A stretch of DNA of 63,026 nucleotides, the filler included, from Platydemus manokwari (lineage: Eukaryota), in assembly GCA_037951405.1 (NCBI GenBank). It is 6 parts of 6 records of this genome, joined end to end, with 100 filler letters (N's around TTAATTAATTAA, not from the genome) between each part and the next. Parts side by side here need not be neighbours in the genome. Positions count along the whole stretch, not along the records: positions 12,188 to 23,073 come from JBBMOY011088854.1; positions 23,174 to 33,779 come from JBBMOY011120552.1; 4 more parts are not named here. One strand, given 5' to 3'. The translations under genes and the position numbers were made by a program. Numbering within the stretch: position 1 is the first letter of the stretch; each line of letters opens with the position of its first letter. Positions 12,190 through 26,359 of this stretch are shown here, in pieces. Under the pieces are notes generated by a model that was not told where the DNA came from, ran no database searches, and saw only the letters and a list, made by a program, of their open reading frames with translations.

Positions 12190-13033
12190 CACGATGATGG
12201 GGTTAAAAATATTTATTTGAGAAAATACTATTATGTTTGTGTAACTTTTGAATTAGGACATATCGGGATATAGAAAACAACCGAAGTTGTTCCAAACGAA
12301 TTCTATTGACAAGGCTGGTATTGATATTGTACGACCATATCTTGAAACGAAGTAAGGAAACCAGTTTTTACTAGACACCATAGATTGTTTTTCCAAATAT
12401 GTATAGCTTACTCTATTTAAGGTATCATGTCACCTCAAAATCAGTAAAGTATTCGCCGTTCAAAGTTTCTTAGAAAAATATGGATATTTATTAGTGAGAC
12501 AAAGCTATGTAAAAGAAAAACCTTGGAAAATTTTATGAATCATCATAAGAAAACTTTTAAAGAAGTACATAATTATAATCAGAATTAGATTGTGAAGCAA
12601 ACAGAATACTATAACCGAGGGAAATATTTCCATGAATTATCAGTTGGTGATACTGTAATGATTGTAAATCCGTTTTACAAACCTTTTGGTAAAAGCTTTG
12701 TAGTCCCATTCAATATTTTAGAGAAAATATGTGCATCGATTTATAAGCTTTATTAGTAGGAAATTAAATAAAATTATTCAACGAAACTATAATAAAGTAA
12801 ATAAAATCAGAATTAGAGATAATATCGCAAATGATGATTGAGGAAAGGACAATAAAACGAATATCAAAAGTATGAACAAGCGGTATAGCATCATCAATAG
12901 AAATGATGACTCAATAAATGAGATATTATCAAACACGGGCGAAAAAACGAAGATGCCTATCGGTGAAAAGTCAGCAATATATCTGAAACACTTAGTCGCA
13001 GGCTTTCCCAAAGACGGGTGAATGTAATATTTG

Positions 13034-13070
<37 letters not shown>

Positions 13071-13150
13071 ATTTGACATAATATTTGCAAAACCTTTGAA
13101 TAAATTAATATTAATATTAAACTTTTCTTATCACAATTCTTTACAATTAT
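12190..13150 (+). mobile_element. Ty3/Gypsy integrase remnant with probable start of 3' LTR
   Basis: Degraded GIDIVRPYLETK*GNQFLLDTIDCFSKY (integrase core start) and LSVGDTVMIVNP...PFNILEK...YKL (GPY/F-like region). Purine-rich AAAGACGGGTGAA precedes TGTAAT at ~13022. Confidence 0.7.
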
Positions 13151-13649
13151 TGCTATTCTTGATTAGGTTTGGATGTATTTTATCAATACAACTATCGCTA
13201 TTGATTTGATGACTTCATTTTTCATTGCGAAATTAATCAATATAGATTTTTAAGTGCCTCCCCATAAGGATTTTTAAAATCTGGTTCTTTGAATTTTTAA
13301 GTAGTTTCCACGTTTTTCAGATTTATGTGCTAATAATTTCAATTTTAAAATGATTTTCAAGTTCAGAAGTTGAAATTACATAATTACATGAATTACATAA
13401 ATCGATATGTGAAGTGTTTTTAGAATAAAATGGAGTTTCTTTTTTCCAAAATGCAAGCACATTAAATATGTTTGTTCATTAATAATTTAAACATGGTAAA
13501 TTTACTTGATTTGATCATTATTATATGAACTAATTAGATTTGATAATTGATAAATCTTCTTCTCTGCTTATCGACTGCTTTCCCTACATATTCCATAACC
13601 TTGCTTTGTGATTGTTTTATTTTTATGTTTTTCTTACAGAATTATCTTA

Positions 13650-14225
13650 TACCAAACATTTGTACTCGTACGAATGTCTTATTTGTATGTTCGCAGTGTA
13701 ATTCTTTAGCAAATAAATCCTCATCTTTAATTATATGTGATTTATTTTTGTATCATATTAAGTTGAGAATTCACTTACTTCAAGGTTCTCAAATAACTTT
13801 AAGCTAGAAATTCATTTGATTTTCATACATGCTTTATTCATTGGATTACGAATATTGTTTATTCGGCATATCATATTTGAATCAGCATAGTTTATATTCC
13901 CTAAATTTGTGCAGTCATAATTAATATCATCTTGCATTAGAATCACATCATTTGTACTTACTGACTGAAGTTGAATTTGATGAATATGTGATTCATCAGT
14001 TTTATTACCATTATTTCATTATTATTGGTTGAGCTCATCCACATTTAGTGGGAATAATTTTTAAGCTTGTTCATTGTCAGTAGTAGCTACTTCAGATAAA
14101 TTTGAAGTTTCAACAAAAGAAGTCATTATTACGATTTTGTTTATTACAAGCAAGTCATTCAATTTTAAAACAAATTGAAATCCTTTTTCTAGAGAGCTTT
14201 GGTTATCAATCTTATTCAGGTTTTA
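13650..14225 (-). repeat. Dispersed repeat, copy A (homologous to 21675-22120)
   Basis: Shared acctga.taagattga..aaagct.tct and ATGACTTCTTTTGTTGAAAC.TCAA....GAAGTAGC..CTA.TGACA (MTSFVETS..EVA..D). The ORF has stops. Confidence 0.6.
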
Positions 14226-16955
14226 ATAAAAAAATATTTAAATTATTTAATAAATACTCTATATAAAATAATTTAATCTATTGTCCTGTAACGATTCATT
14301 GACAACCATACTCCGGTAACTGACTCTAAATCTGCCTTTTTTAATATTTCATAAGATATAATTGAAAAAAATCAGCTCCTGAATCTGTTAATGCTACCAT
14401 CTCGTAAACATCAATCTTTACCTCGATAAAAAATTACCTTGATTAATTTTAGAAACCATATTTACTCTATTATCTGGCCTTAACAATACAGATTATATTC
14501 GCACATATCTATCAGCTGAACTGGTGCTTGAATTTGACATTGGTTGATTACTTATCGAAATTGTTTTAAATATAATTATTCCAACTCATATGGTGCAGGA
14601 GGTTGGTGTGGATAACATCTAAATGGTTTGCTTACACAATATTTCATCAATTATTACAAATAATGAATTTCTATTAAATCTGTAACTTATCAAAATCGGT
14701 TTAAACTGATGATATCAAAATATTACCAGTTTGGTAATAAAAGAGAAAATACTCAATTACATTTACTTTTGTAACCACCTTCTTTCTATTGATAGGTTCA
14801 AAATATAGTGTAAAAACACAATATTTTTTCATAAAGATATATTTAATAGAGCACTGTTTACAAAAACAAAATAAATCACAACCTCGCATTCAAACAATAT
14901 CAATAAAGGTAAAACTTGATCTGAAAAAGAAGATCATGGACCTTGTTTTATATCAGATTATTTTCTGTAAAGTGGTAACTTATTACTTTCCACCACTCTC
15001 GAATTATTTACTGTAACAGATGTAGGTTTTTGGTGGGAGTATAAGTGTCATCTGATTTTAGATGCTTGATACGTCTGTATGAGCACATATCTTAGACGAT
15101 ATCGATCAATTTTAACATTTCGGTATATTCCATACAAGTGTTATGATTTTAAAAAGTATATAAAAATCTTTTAAAACATGAATAGAGAAATTCAAAAAGT
15201 GGATTCGAGTATTGAAATTCATTGAAATCATTCAGTACTAATCAAGTTCCTAAAGCTTTTTTTTCAATTGGAATAACACAAGTTTTATTAGAAGAAAAAT
15301 AATATTTCTGCAGAAAATTAAAATCGATGATCAAATCAATTTATAGGATATAGATTTGGTTTGTAAATTGATTTATTTATTATGATATTGATAAGTATTT
15401 TTAATTTTAAAATTCACGATATAATTATAATATCGATTATTAAATTCTCGATACTTTGCTATTATCAACAATGATGTTATAAAAATAAAGATAGACGTCT
15501 ATGAAAGACAATAATTTACAAAATAGAAATGTGGGAAATTTGAGCCATGTTTAATAATGAAACTGATGTTGTATAAGATGAAGGTGATTTTAAGGATTCC
15601 TAATGATCAATGAATATTTTGAAATGGTGTGAATCACTGTATTTGAGATGTATTTCAATGTTTTATTGATACATTATAAGTTCGTGGAAATTCATGAATT
15701 ATCAAATATTATATTCTATAATGATTCAGTAAAACAACAGAAAAAATGGTTATTAGCTTACTGAATTTGAAATATCAAAATTTTTGATATAATTTTATCT
15801 TTCCTTTCTACATTTATCTTTGTTATTTTAGCGTATTGCCTGACAATATTTTTGTATAAATTTTCAAATTAACACGGTATGATAAAAATTTATCCGCTGA
15901 TGATCAGTCACCGGGTTTCTGTTATAGATATTGTTGTTCAGACTTCAACAGTAAAATTAATCGAATTAGCTACATGGGTTTGTTTGAATAATGTTGCATT
16001 GATTAGGTTTTTCATGGCAATTTTCATTTGTTTATTTCGTATACCAAATGATAGCAAAACTCTTATAATTTCGGTAATTATCTTATTTTTGCTGAGAAAC
16101 TTTTGATATTTTATTTCTGTTAAAGCATTAAAGAATTTTATATTCCATTATTTTGAACCAATTAAATAAATCACTAGTTATGATGTTTTGGTTGGATGTG
16201 TTGATGATGTACAATCAATGAAAACTAATTGAGAAACTAACCTTCACATAAATACGATATCTCACAGCTATTCTTGTTCAAATGATTAACGCTCCTAAAT
16301 TTAATGCCTAATGATGATGTTTTTTCGATACTAGACAATCCTGAACAAACAAGAATTATTAACCACCAGTGACAATACTTGAAACTAAATTTAAATATTA
16401 AAATATAAAATCTCTCATAGTTTTGACTTGATGTTTAAATAATCGAATTATACTAATAAATATTAATTGTACTAAACTGAGTTTAATAAAGGCTCCAGTA
16501 GCTGTATGCCGCTTGTATACTATAATGGTGCATAATATCCATTGATATATAATGTACGCAAAACTAACTAGCATTATAAGCGAGATTTATCTTGTAAAAA
16601 TAGTAAAAACATTCCATATCAATCAAACATCATGCACTCATGTCATAGATAGAAGAAAATATTTTGTATTGATTAAAAGTAAATGTGCTAGATGGATCAA
16701 AAATGAAGCTTTCATATTATCAATAGAAGCAAGTATTTTCGAGTCCAGGTACTCGGAATTTGCTTGATATTATCGGTTTAGTAATAATTAATTTAATTAG
16801 TTATTTTTATAAACAAAACATAAACATAAATTATAATCTAATTAAATATAAAATATAATCATTATAGTTTATTAATGATAATAACCGTCAAAGCTAATCA
16901 CTAAATTGTCAAACTATATCATACAACAATAATGTCTATATCTTAAGGCTATATT

Positions 16956-17865
16956 TTAAAAAGTCGTGTCAATCTGACACATGTTTCCTCTAATTTTCCA
17001 ATCCGTGCTCTCATTTTTGTCAGTGATATCAATTCCATATAAGTTGACCAGCTGCTTTATGTTTTTCGGCGGTGAAACTCCTTGGAAAGTAAGCGCTGCT
17101 ATAAAGTGCCAGTTTTGCTTTAACACGTATTTCATTATATCTTCAAAGTCAAAATCCGATTTAATCTGAATGGCCAAAACAAGGTTTGAGATATTAATGT
17201 ATTTCTTATAATCATTGATTGGACGATAACAGTCAACGGTCTCCATACATTTGCCACTGGTTAAAACTTTAACGAATCTTTTTCCCAAAAAAGCGTAATT
17301 TTTTTCTCCATCGCTACGCATATCATATTTAGGCAGAATGACCAATCTGCTATTCATATATGTGCCAGTAGCCATTATTGTCATGTTTCAATTGCCTTTA
17401 ACTATTGAAATAGCTTGAGTACCGTTTAGAATTCTAAGTGCGTTAGGACGTCTGTACCCCTTGAAAGAAGTTATTCCTTGTAGTAGTTGAAATGCTGCAC
17501 TATTCGAGGCTCCTTCGAACTGAAATGGAAATCAAGCATTGGTAAGAAAATGAATTTTATTTTACCAAATCATTGTATCGATTATTGATAAATATCGACA
17601 CATTCGTACATGCAGTATTGGATTGACATATTTCATGAAATGAAAACAACTGACACATCGATTGATTTCTATTGTATATAAAGGCTTTACAAGCTGCCAA
17701 ATCACATTCTACTGCACATTGTATCCGTGATGTCGTAAATATTGATTGCATAGAATTGAATACACAAGACTTCATGGAATGATAAACTGAATCCGCATTG
17801 ATATCACTCAATAAAATAATAAGAGACCAGTAAAACATTAAAAATGTTAGAGAAATATAAATCAT
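16956..17865 (-). pseudogene. Two-exon secreted PAN/apple-domain protein (exons 17865-17566, 17519-16956) with one in-frame TGA at 17390-17388
   Basis: Hydrophobic signal peptide, then PAN motif SRIQCAVEC...CKAFIYN....CQL. A 46-nt phase-0 GT-AG intron joins in frame to FEGASNSAAF...VKGN*NMTIMATG, which continues to the stop at 16956. Confidence 0.65.
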
Positions 17866-18299
17866 TCCTTTATATAAGATTATTGGATGTGTGTTTATTT
17901 CATTCTTATTTCATTGGCTGTATGTATTGCTGACGAGGAATTTGTTTAATTCTTTTATGTTATTGAAACGAAATTGTTTAAATTGACAATTTCCAGATAA
18001 ATTTTAAATATTAATATTACAATTAATTTCATTCTTATTGTCTTCGTTTTTGATATAAATAAAAATGGCCAAATCTTATTAATTTTTATAATTTTTATAA
18101 TTTTAAAACTGAGAATTAAACAAAATTTTTAAGAAGATTCTTTTATAAATATTAATGTGGTATATTTATTTCTAATAAACTTTTTTAAAAAATATCTTTT
18201 AAGTCAAGTTTTCATAATTTTATTCTTATGTTATTATATTTTTAAATGAACCACAAGTTCCCACTATTTAAAAATCTTTAATTGTTTCAATATTTCTTT

Positions 18300-21200
18300 T
18301 TATTACTTTTCCTTTTTCGTTTTGTCATTGTTAGCTTCTTTCATGATTCTGCTCTATCACTTCGTTTCAGCCTTAATATCCTTCTAGATCCTTATTCCGC
18401 ATTTCATTTTTATTAGTACTCTTCTTTGAATTTGCGTTTAGTTGGTGTTTCTCTATCTTTACTTTGTTTTTATCTCAATGTTCTTCTTTATCTTATATCT
18501 GTTTATTCTACTGTTTGCTTAATTCTGTAATCTGTCGATCTTTTCCCCGAATATGACCTCTACTGCACGATCATTTATGGTTTTTAACATTATTGCATTC
18601 AACATGTATTCTATCTCTGGTAATTTTGAAGCCCAGTTTGTATTTTGTCTCTCCTTTTTTCGTCGCGTTTATATAATCTCTCATTGTTCGAAATTGTCGT
18701 TCAATGATTCCGTTCTCATTTAGAAAGCATTCGTAGCCTTTTTCCCAATCTACATGTATTTCCTCTGGTGCTCCTCTTGCTTTCAGAGTCTATGGTTCTT
18801 TCTTTGTTTCTGCTGTTATTATTTTAGTTTTTTGGAATGCTTTATACTGACTTAGAATTTTTTCGTTTGTCTTTCAAATCGAAATTATTGTTCATGTATT
18901 GTGTAACTTTCTTTGTTCCTGCTAGAAACAGCGATTTGTGTGTGTTCTATCATTTCTTTTATTTTCTCTACTGGTATTAAGATTTTGTTTTATTTAGTTT
19001 TTACTATGTCTTCTTCGACTATGTAATTAATACTTCATCTTCGACATATCGCTCTTTTTATTATTTCTGTCTCATCAATGTTGGTTTGCTAATTTTTACT
19101 TTCTTCTCTGTAATTATTGATAATATTATGGTTTTTATTTTTCCGTGCTGATGTTATTTTTTCTGTTAGACATTTAGAACACATCGTAAAGGTATTCTTT
19201 AAGATGATGTATGCATTTCCATGATTAGCTCCTTGTCTTAAGATAATGTTTATATCAAGGATGATTTAGCCATGTTTAAAATTGTAGAGTTATGGGGTTC
19301 TTTGTCTTCAGTATGAATGTGATTTATTTATGATCGGTTGTTAGTGTGAATCCTTTTCTGTACTAAGAGTCATTGAAATGCTGACAGAAGTAATATATTA
19401 CCAGTAATTCCTTTTTGGTGATACAATATCCTTTCTCATATTTAGTCATTGCTTGAGATCCGTATGCAATGACTCTTTCATTTTCTCAAAAGTTACATGG
19501 TTATCTAGGATGAACTCTTTATTTTAATCTGAGAATGACAGGATCAGTGTTTCTGTCAGAGCATTTTTCATGTCTTTGAATGCCGCGCTGCATACTTTAT
19601 ATCACATCAGTTTGTCATTATTTTCCCCACACAATGCTTCTAGTGCACTTGATTTCTTCGAGCATTCCTTCATATATTTTTTGTAATATCTGCAAATTCC
19701 AATAATACTTTGTAGGTTCTTAATAGATTTTGATCTTTAAAATTTTTCTATTGCTGAGTCTCACTTTGGTCTGTCTTAATACCTTTTATTCTTATATTAT
19801 GACCAAGGAACTTAATTTATAAGCCGTCAAAATATAAAATGGCTACTTTCTATCATATCACCTAGCATTTCTTCAATAATTCTTTAAATTCTCCCGGGTC
19901 TTCTGCGAACTCAAGCGGCATCAGTGGAAGCAGCATTCCTCCTCTTTCATCAAGAATGCCGTGTTTTATTATGATTCTTAGTCAAGCTTTACTTAATTAA
20001 TATACATACAAGTGAGTATTTCATGGTAAATTACATCTTATAATATTGTTTACTCTTTAATATTTAATTGCTTCTTCTTTCCTTCTAAATTCCCTGGTTA
20101 TGTCTGATGTTTGATGTTTATGGGACTGCCGTTTGTTATCATTTTATGTACAACTATATATTCCAAAACGAGAACCTCCTTTACCGCAAGACATTCTTTT
20201 GTTGGCTCGGATCCATCTTCATTGATTATACTTTTACCAAATCTTCTTTTTATCTCACAAATGAAGTTGTATTAATTTTGAAACTCTAATCCGCCTAAAC
20301 TCTTCAGTTTCATGTGCTCAAATATTATGATTAATATAATCGTGTACTGACTTCCTCGATTTAGTTTCATTCTGTCTTTGAGTTTCATATACTGTCTTTG
20401 GCACATCGTAAACTTTCACTTGTATATTCGATTTCTACTTGCTCGAGTGTCTTTACCATCGTGTTATTCATTACATTTAGTCTAACCTCAGTGTTTAATA
20501 AACAATCAATCTTATTATTCACTATTTTATACTCGTGCTTGGTCTCTCTTGCATTTTATAATAAGAAATTCGGGAATAGTTCAACTATTTGATAGTTAAT
20601 AATCTAACTTCTTTCTGGTCTCCAAGGTCTTTTTCTGCATTGTCAGTAAACTTTTATTTAGATATTTTGCAATATTACATCTTTTATGTTCTACGCATTG
20701 CCTTATTTGTTTATTTTATTGCTTATTTTATTTATTTTAAATAGCTTAATTATTTATAAATTAATGTGGACAATGTTGTACTCAAAATGATGATCAAGTA
20801 TATCTGAATTAATATAAATATTTAAAAAATTAATCTCAACTTTGATGACATCACCCTGCTCACAGGTAAAACTGCAGCCAACCATACCAAGGGGACAAAT
20901 TTGTAGTAATGAATAAACCCAACCTAACTTCTTCTCCATTGTCAATCATCTTTTCTTTTGAAATTTTGCAACTTTTTATTTTACTCTCCTACCTGATTCT
21001 ATATTATTGTTGTTACCGATTACAATTTGGTTTTCTACTTTCTAATCTTTTAAGTTCTGGCACTGCGTTGTTTGTTAATTTTACCTAGATTATTTATATT
21101 ATAAATAATATTATGTCTAATTATACTCTCGGTATTGTGCTCACACTTAGATATACTGTTTAGTTGCACGTCAAGACTTTCTCACTATTGCAATTTCATG

Positions 21201-21500
21201 CGATATGCCCTGGACTTTTTTCGCAATTATAGCACGTCCTATTTTATGCTCTTCCTTTACGGACTCCTTGGTTTTGGTTACTCTCTCACTATTGTTGATT
21301 GTTATCTTAAAAAAATATAAGAACAAAAAGAAGGTAGTGTTTTACATTTATTAGCTGCTTAACTAGCAATAAAAGAAGGGTTTAGGCTAAGGCCCTGGAC
21401 TTGACACAGAAGTTACAACTGCTGTAAATTAACCCAAACAAGCTGAAAATCAGACTTAGAAACTGATAAAATAAAGAAGGATTGAAACAAATTAAGCAAA
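18300..21500 (-). mobile_element. Highly degraded Ty3/Gypsy retrotransposon (gag/protease/RT/RNase H/integrase traces)
   Basis: Minus-strand remnants MPLEFAEDPGEF, IKFLGH and LQSIIGICRYYKKY...LEALCG (RT thumb), with strong purine skew across the region. Many stops. Boundaries approximate. Confidence 0.65.
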
Positions 21501-21674
21501 AAAATACAAAAGGCGATGTCCTTGTGAGAATTGATTTCAATTAAAATAATTTTAAATAAAAAATTTTAATTACGATTTAAAATAATTAAATATTTTAAAA
21601 GTTAATATTTTGAAATTTATAATTGATTGTTTAAAAAAGGAAATTTAAATATATATATATATTATTTATATATA

Positions 21675-22120
21675 CCTGATTAAGATTGAAAAAAAGCTTT
21701 CTGGAAATTTGTTTGAAAAATGTTTGATTTGTTATTAAATAAATCTTAAGAAAATTCTAACAATGACTTCTTTTGTTGAAACATCAATTGCAAATGAAGT
21801 AGCCGCTAGTGACAGTCCTCAATTTAAATCATAAGGGGAGGATAGCTTTAAATGATTTTATAAAGAATGCAAGATATGGAAAATTACCATTTCGTAAACA
21901 AGCCAAAGTTGAGAGAATTTATTTATCACCTTATAACCTGTAAGCACCTAAGTGATAAACAAGTTCTCAATTATAAAATGGAAGAGAAATCATATGAATT
22001 AAGAAATATTATTTCTAAAAAATAATAAGTCCAGTAGAATAGGAGATAATCATAAAGATTATATTTCGGTACAAAAATATCGTCCTGGGGTAGAATATTT
22101 TAACTTTTGAGATTGTAAGA
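21675..22120 (+). repeat. Dispersed repeat, copy B (homologous to 13650-14225)
   Basis: ATG at 21763 starts MTSFVETSIANEVAASD. The upstream flank also matches copy A. Confidence 0.6.
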
Positions 22121-22209
22121 AATCTAGCAAGATTAAAAGTAATAATATCTTATATATGCCTAAACAAATAAATAATTAATAATAATAATTTATTTATGGT
22201 AAAATTAAA

Positions 22210-22960
22210 ACAAATTAAGATCTCATACACTTAGGTAAAATCAAGTGGCTAATGTGCTTTGATAAATTTAAATGGTTACATATCAATTTCATCCTCACAA
22301 ATGAATTTTTTGATCGAAATTATGTAGATCTAATTTATTTATTTTTCATTCCTAAATATCATGTTTATTGGAACCAATTTCTATGACATCTTGATGATTA
22401 TCTTGACATTCCTTAAATAAATTCGGATTCGCATGTTTATTAATTACTTCTGCCAATTGTTATTAATGATAATATTTCTGTGAACGTAGTTCTATCTCTA
22501 ACAATCATTTATATTATAGCAATTTGATCTTCCATTTTGATCTTACAGCTATCCATTTTGTTAAAGATTTTTCATTTGATTCGTTTTTAAATTTTCCTGG
22601 AACTTTTTTATTGGCCATATTATGTAAATAGTGATATAACTAAAATATAAATTTCATTATTTGATTTTACTCATTAATTATATCTTGATAAATATCTTCC
22701 TTTTTAATCTTTAGTATTCCACTGTCTGTATCTATATACAATATTTAAATGATATTTTTCCATTTAGGTTTTAGAATATTAGAGTAAAATTCATAACATT
22801 CTAAATTACAAAATCCTAAATATATTTATTTGTTTATTTAATTTTATTTATTCTTAACAATAATGTATTGCAAATAAATCTTCACTAAAATTTGTAAATC
22901 TTATATAAGTTTGTTTTGTATTTTGTTCTATGGCTTTAAAGGTCCATAATCAATTTTATA
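22210..22960 (-). pseudogene. Family B DNA polymerase C-terminal fragment (Maverick/Polinton-like)
   Basis: YEFYSNILKPKW...ILYIDTDSGIL (motif C, DTDS) with stops and frameshifts. Confidence 0.65.
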
Positions 22961-23073
22961 TTTTTATTTCCTTCATCATCTCTCTTTTGATGCCTGGCCT
23001 CTATATTTGATTTCATTGTCACGAAATATTTCACTGTTTCTATTTCCGTCATCAGCGTTTTTTTCACTCCCAG

Positions 23074-23173
23074 NNNNNNNNNNNNNNNNNNNNNNNNNNN
23101 NNNNNNNNNNNNNNNNNTTAATTAATTAANNNNNNNNNNNNNNNNNNNNNNNNNNNNNNNNNNNNNNNNNNNN
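23074..23173. other. Artificial contig linker
   Basis: N44-TTAATTAATTAA-N44. Confidence 0.98.
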
Positions 23174-24000
23174 ATTTATTATTAATTGAAAAAGGAATAA
23201 GAGGAGGAATTAGTTCAGTTCATGGAAATAGAAAAGTTATTTCAAATAATGGAATAAAAAATCAAAATTTTGATTATTATTATAAACCAGAAAGATATGA
23301 ATGGGATCAAATAATCAATTATTCAAAAAAAGATAATTTTGATATGTCTAATTATTTTAAAGAAAGAATATCAAAGTACTATGATGCAAATTCATTATAT
23401 GCTACTTGTATGACAAAACCTTTATTAACAGGAGAAATTGAAGAAGTTGAACCAATCTATGAATCAACGGTATCAGATGAAATAGGATTTATTTATAAAG
23501 TTGATTTGAAATATCCGAAAGAAATTCATGATAAAACAAAATATTTTCCATTATGTCCAGAAAAATTTTAAGTTGTTGATAGTTTATTATCAGAGTATCA
23601 ACTAAATAATCGATCTAGTGTTATAAAAGATGGGAATGGTATTTATTCAGAAAAACTAATGTTAACTCAATTTAATAAATGGAATTATATTGTAGAAGGA
23701 TCTTTATTAGATTATTACATTAAACAATGAATGATTTTAATAAAATTCCATAAAAAACTAAAATTAAAAAAACCAAGATGGTTAGAAGGATATATAAAAC
23801 ATAATATTGAACAAAGAACTAAAGCAAAGAATGAAGGAGATAAATTTGGAGAAGAATTTTTCAAACTTTTAAATAATTCATTTTATGGAAAAACAATTGG
23901 AAGATGTTAGAAAAAGATTGAATATATCAATAGTTTCATCTGATAGAGAATTTCAATTATTAGCATTGAAATTAACATTCAAAAGAGCAAAGATATTCAC
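23174..24000 (+). pseudogene. Protein-primed-type family B DNA polymerase fragment (Maverick/Polinton/adintovirus-like)
   Basis: IEKGIRGGIS, YYDANSLYATCM (motif A), GFIYKVDLKYPKEIHD...PLCPE, FFKLLNNSFYGKTI (motif B). Contains in-frame stops. Confidence 0.85.
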
Positions 24001-24862
24001 TCTGATGGAAACTTCTTTGGTGATTATTTGATAGTGAATCAACGATTTTTCAACCGATAATTAACTATGTATTTAAATGAGATGCTGCGAGCTAGAGATT
24101 GATGTTTCCACCGATATCTGAAACTTCACAGATTAATAGGTTGCGTGTAATGAGTTATATAATAATATGATTAAGAATAACAATACTTTATTATAGTAAA
24201 TATTAACAAATGTGTTATGGTGTAAGGTTAGAAAGAGTACGTTGTTGTGCCCTCAAGATTTATCTGTAAATAACAACCGCCGTGGGAACTAAGTGTCGCC
24301 CCACTGCGGTATATAAACTAAAGAAGTAGTGATTTTAGACTCAAAAACTCTGTTACGATTTTGTGAGGATTTAATGTTCACTGACAACAAATCTCCTTTC
24401 GGAGAATGGAATAAGTTGAGCAAAACAATAATGAATTTTTACCATTTTGAATTAATAATTGCGCTGGATAATAAGTAACAATTGTCACCGGAGGCTTGAA
24501 TGATTGATTTGTAATTGGTTTTGCAAACTCGAAGTTGGAGTTGAAATCCCTAATTGGATATTTTGATTGTAATTCCGAATTGAATTTATAATCACTATGT
24601 GTCCCGTGAAATTGTTGCGAAAATACTGAATTTTACTTCAGTATTTATACAGATTTTGAATGTGGGCGAATGATTAATTTTATTCCTGATTTGTGCGTTT
24701 CCTTAGTAATATCAATTTGCATTTAAATTTGAATTTCTATGACTATATTTCGGATTCCCATGGCAACGTGGATTAATAATTTATCGAAAAAATTTTATAT
24801 CTATTATTAATATCATTCCGCCCACACGCCTACATTTTAATTAATGTGGGTTTTCGGTTTTA

Positions 24863-24877
24863 ATTATTATTATTAGT

Positions 24878-24918
<41 letters not shown>
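24863..24918. repeat. (ATT)n microsatellite
   Basis: Directly visible. Confidence 0.95.
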
Positions 24919-26359
24919 GTAGTTTATGGGATTATAAGCTTGCAGCCTGCATGGGTATTATCCCGACAGCTACATTATATATTTTAACGGGGAAATTATG
25001 TCAAATATAAATTGCGAAACATTATCGGAATTATTCAAGACGATATTTTATGGAACAGATAAGATGATATTGAAATTTCTAATAGAATAATTACGAATGT
25101 TTCAAATCTTCCACATTTAGAGAGTAATTTTTCATCATTATTATCTAAATTAAATCGGCTAATCGATATGGTGGTGTTTTAATTCGTTCGTTGGAAAAAC
25201 ACTTGTATCATCTTAAATCAGCATTATCGATATCTCAATTTTATTGATCATGATATTTTCTATTCAGTCTGTGTGGAAATGATTTTCGTCATTTATTGCA
25301 TTGAAATTTTATAGGCATTATATTATAATAATTCCCAATTATAGCTCCCAATCAAAGACAATATTGAGTGTTAAATACGTCACTAAGTTTAAGAAAGGAC
25401 GTTCGTAACAATGCTGATATACAAATCTTAGGCCAGGAAATATTAAAAGAAATTTCGAGAATATTGTGGTTGAATTAATTTATACCAATACTTCGGAATT
25501 ATATTATTGTTTCAATAAAATCGTTATTTTTGATTCAGCATCAAAACCGTTATCTCAAATTTTCAACGGATATAGCTTATTAATAATAAATAACATTAAC
25601 CATAAAACTCACACGATTTACATTAAATTGCTATCATAGTGCATGAACAAGTCGCCATTATAGCCGTACGTTATACCACGAAAATTTTCCAAATTTACAT
25701 TGGAAAATCACATAATCAATCAATGAAAACAGATGTCGACATATAGATATTCTTAATATTTAACAATAGTAACATAAATCAGGAATCTCAATATAAAAGG
25801 TTAATGAATCTATATAGTTCGCTAATTGTCAATACAATGAGATTGGATCTATATCGATTTAATAAGAACAATGAATATTTAATTTATCACTCCAGTTTTC
25901 ACGCGATTTAAACAAACCGACAAACTGAAATTCATTTTTCCAACAGTATTGATTCCATCGAAGAACACTCAAAATAAAATTATTTTATATCATACCTTAT
26001 AAAAAATATTTTGAATAACAGAATTAATTAATTAATTTAATAGGGGGTTCCTTTCGAATGCTGAAGAGTACTTCTTGTTACTCATCGGAGAATTTGTCTG
26101 ATTAATAACTTTTATTTTGTTCATAATTATTATCGTTTACATGAATAATAATCGAAAGAATAATCGAAAAAAATCGAATAAAAGTAATTCAAAAAATCAA
26201 TCTCGTCCAAATCACACCATAATCAAGAAAAGAAAATTAACATCAATTTATATTGATAATACATCCTTATTATTTATTGATTCAAAATCCAGATGAAAAA
26301 TTTATTGAAAAAATTCTTCGGTTATCGAAATTTGATCAAAAAGAATATAAAATTTCTAA

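Noticed and set aside
24146-24834. Possible solo LTR (TGTA...TACA)
   Set aside because: No TSD and no second copy in the window, so boundaries cannot be supported.
26050-26090. CTGAAGA hairpin resembling a ribozyme core
   Set aside because: No correctly placed GAAA or flanking stems on either strand.
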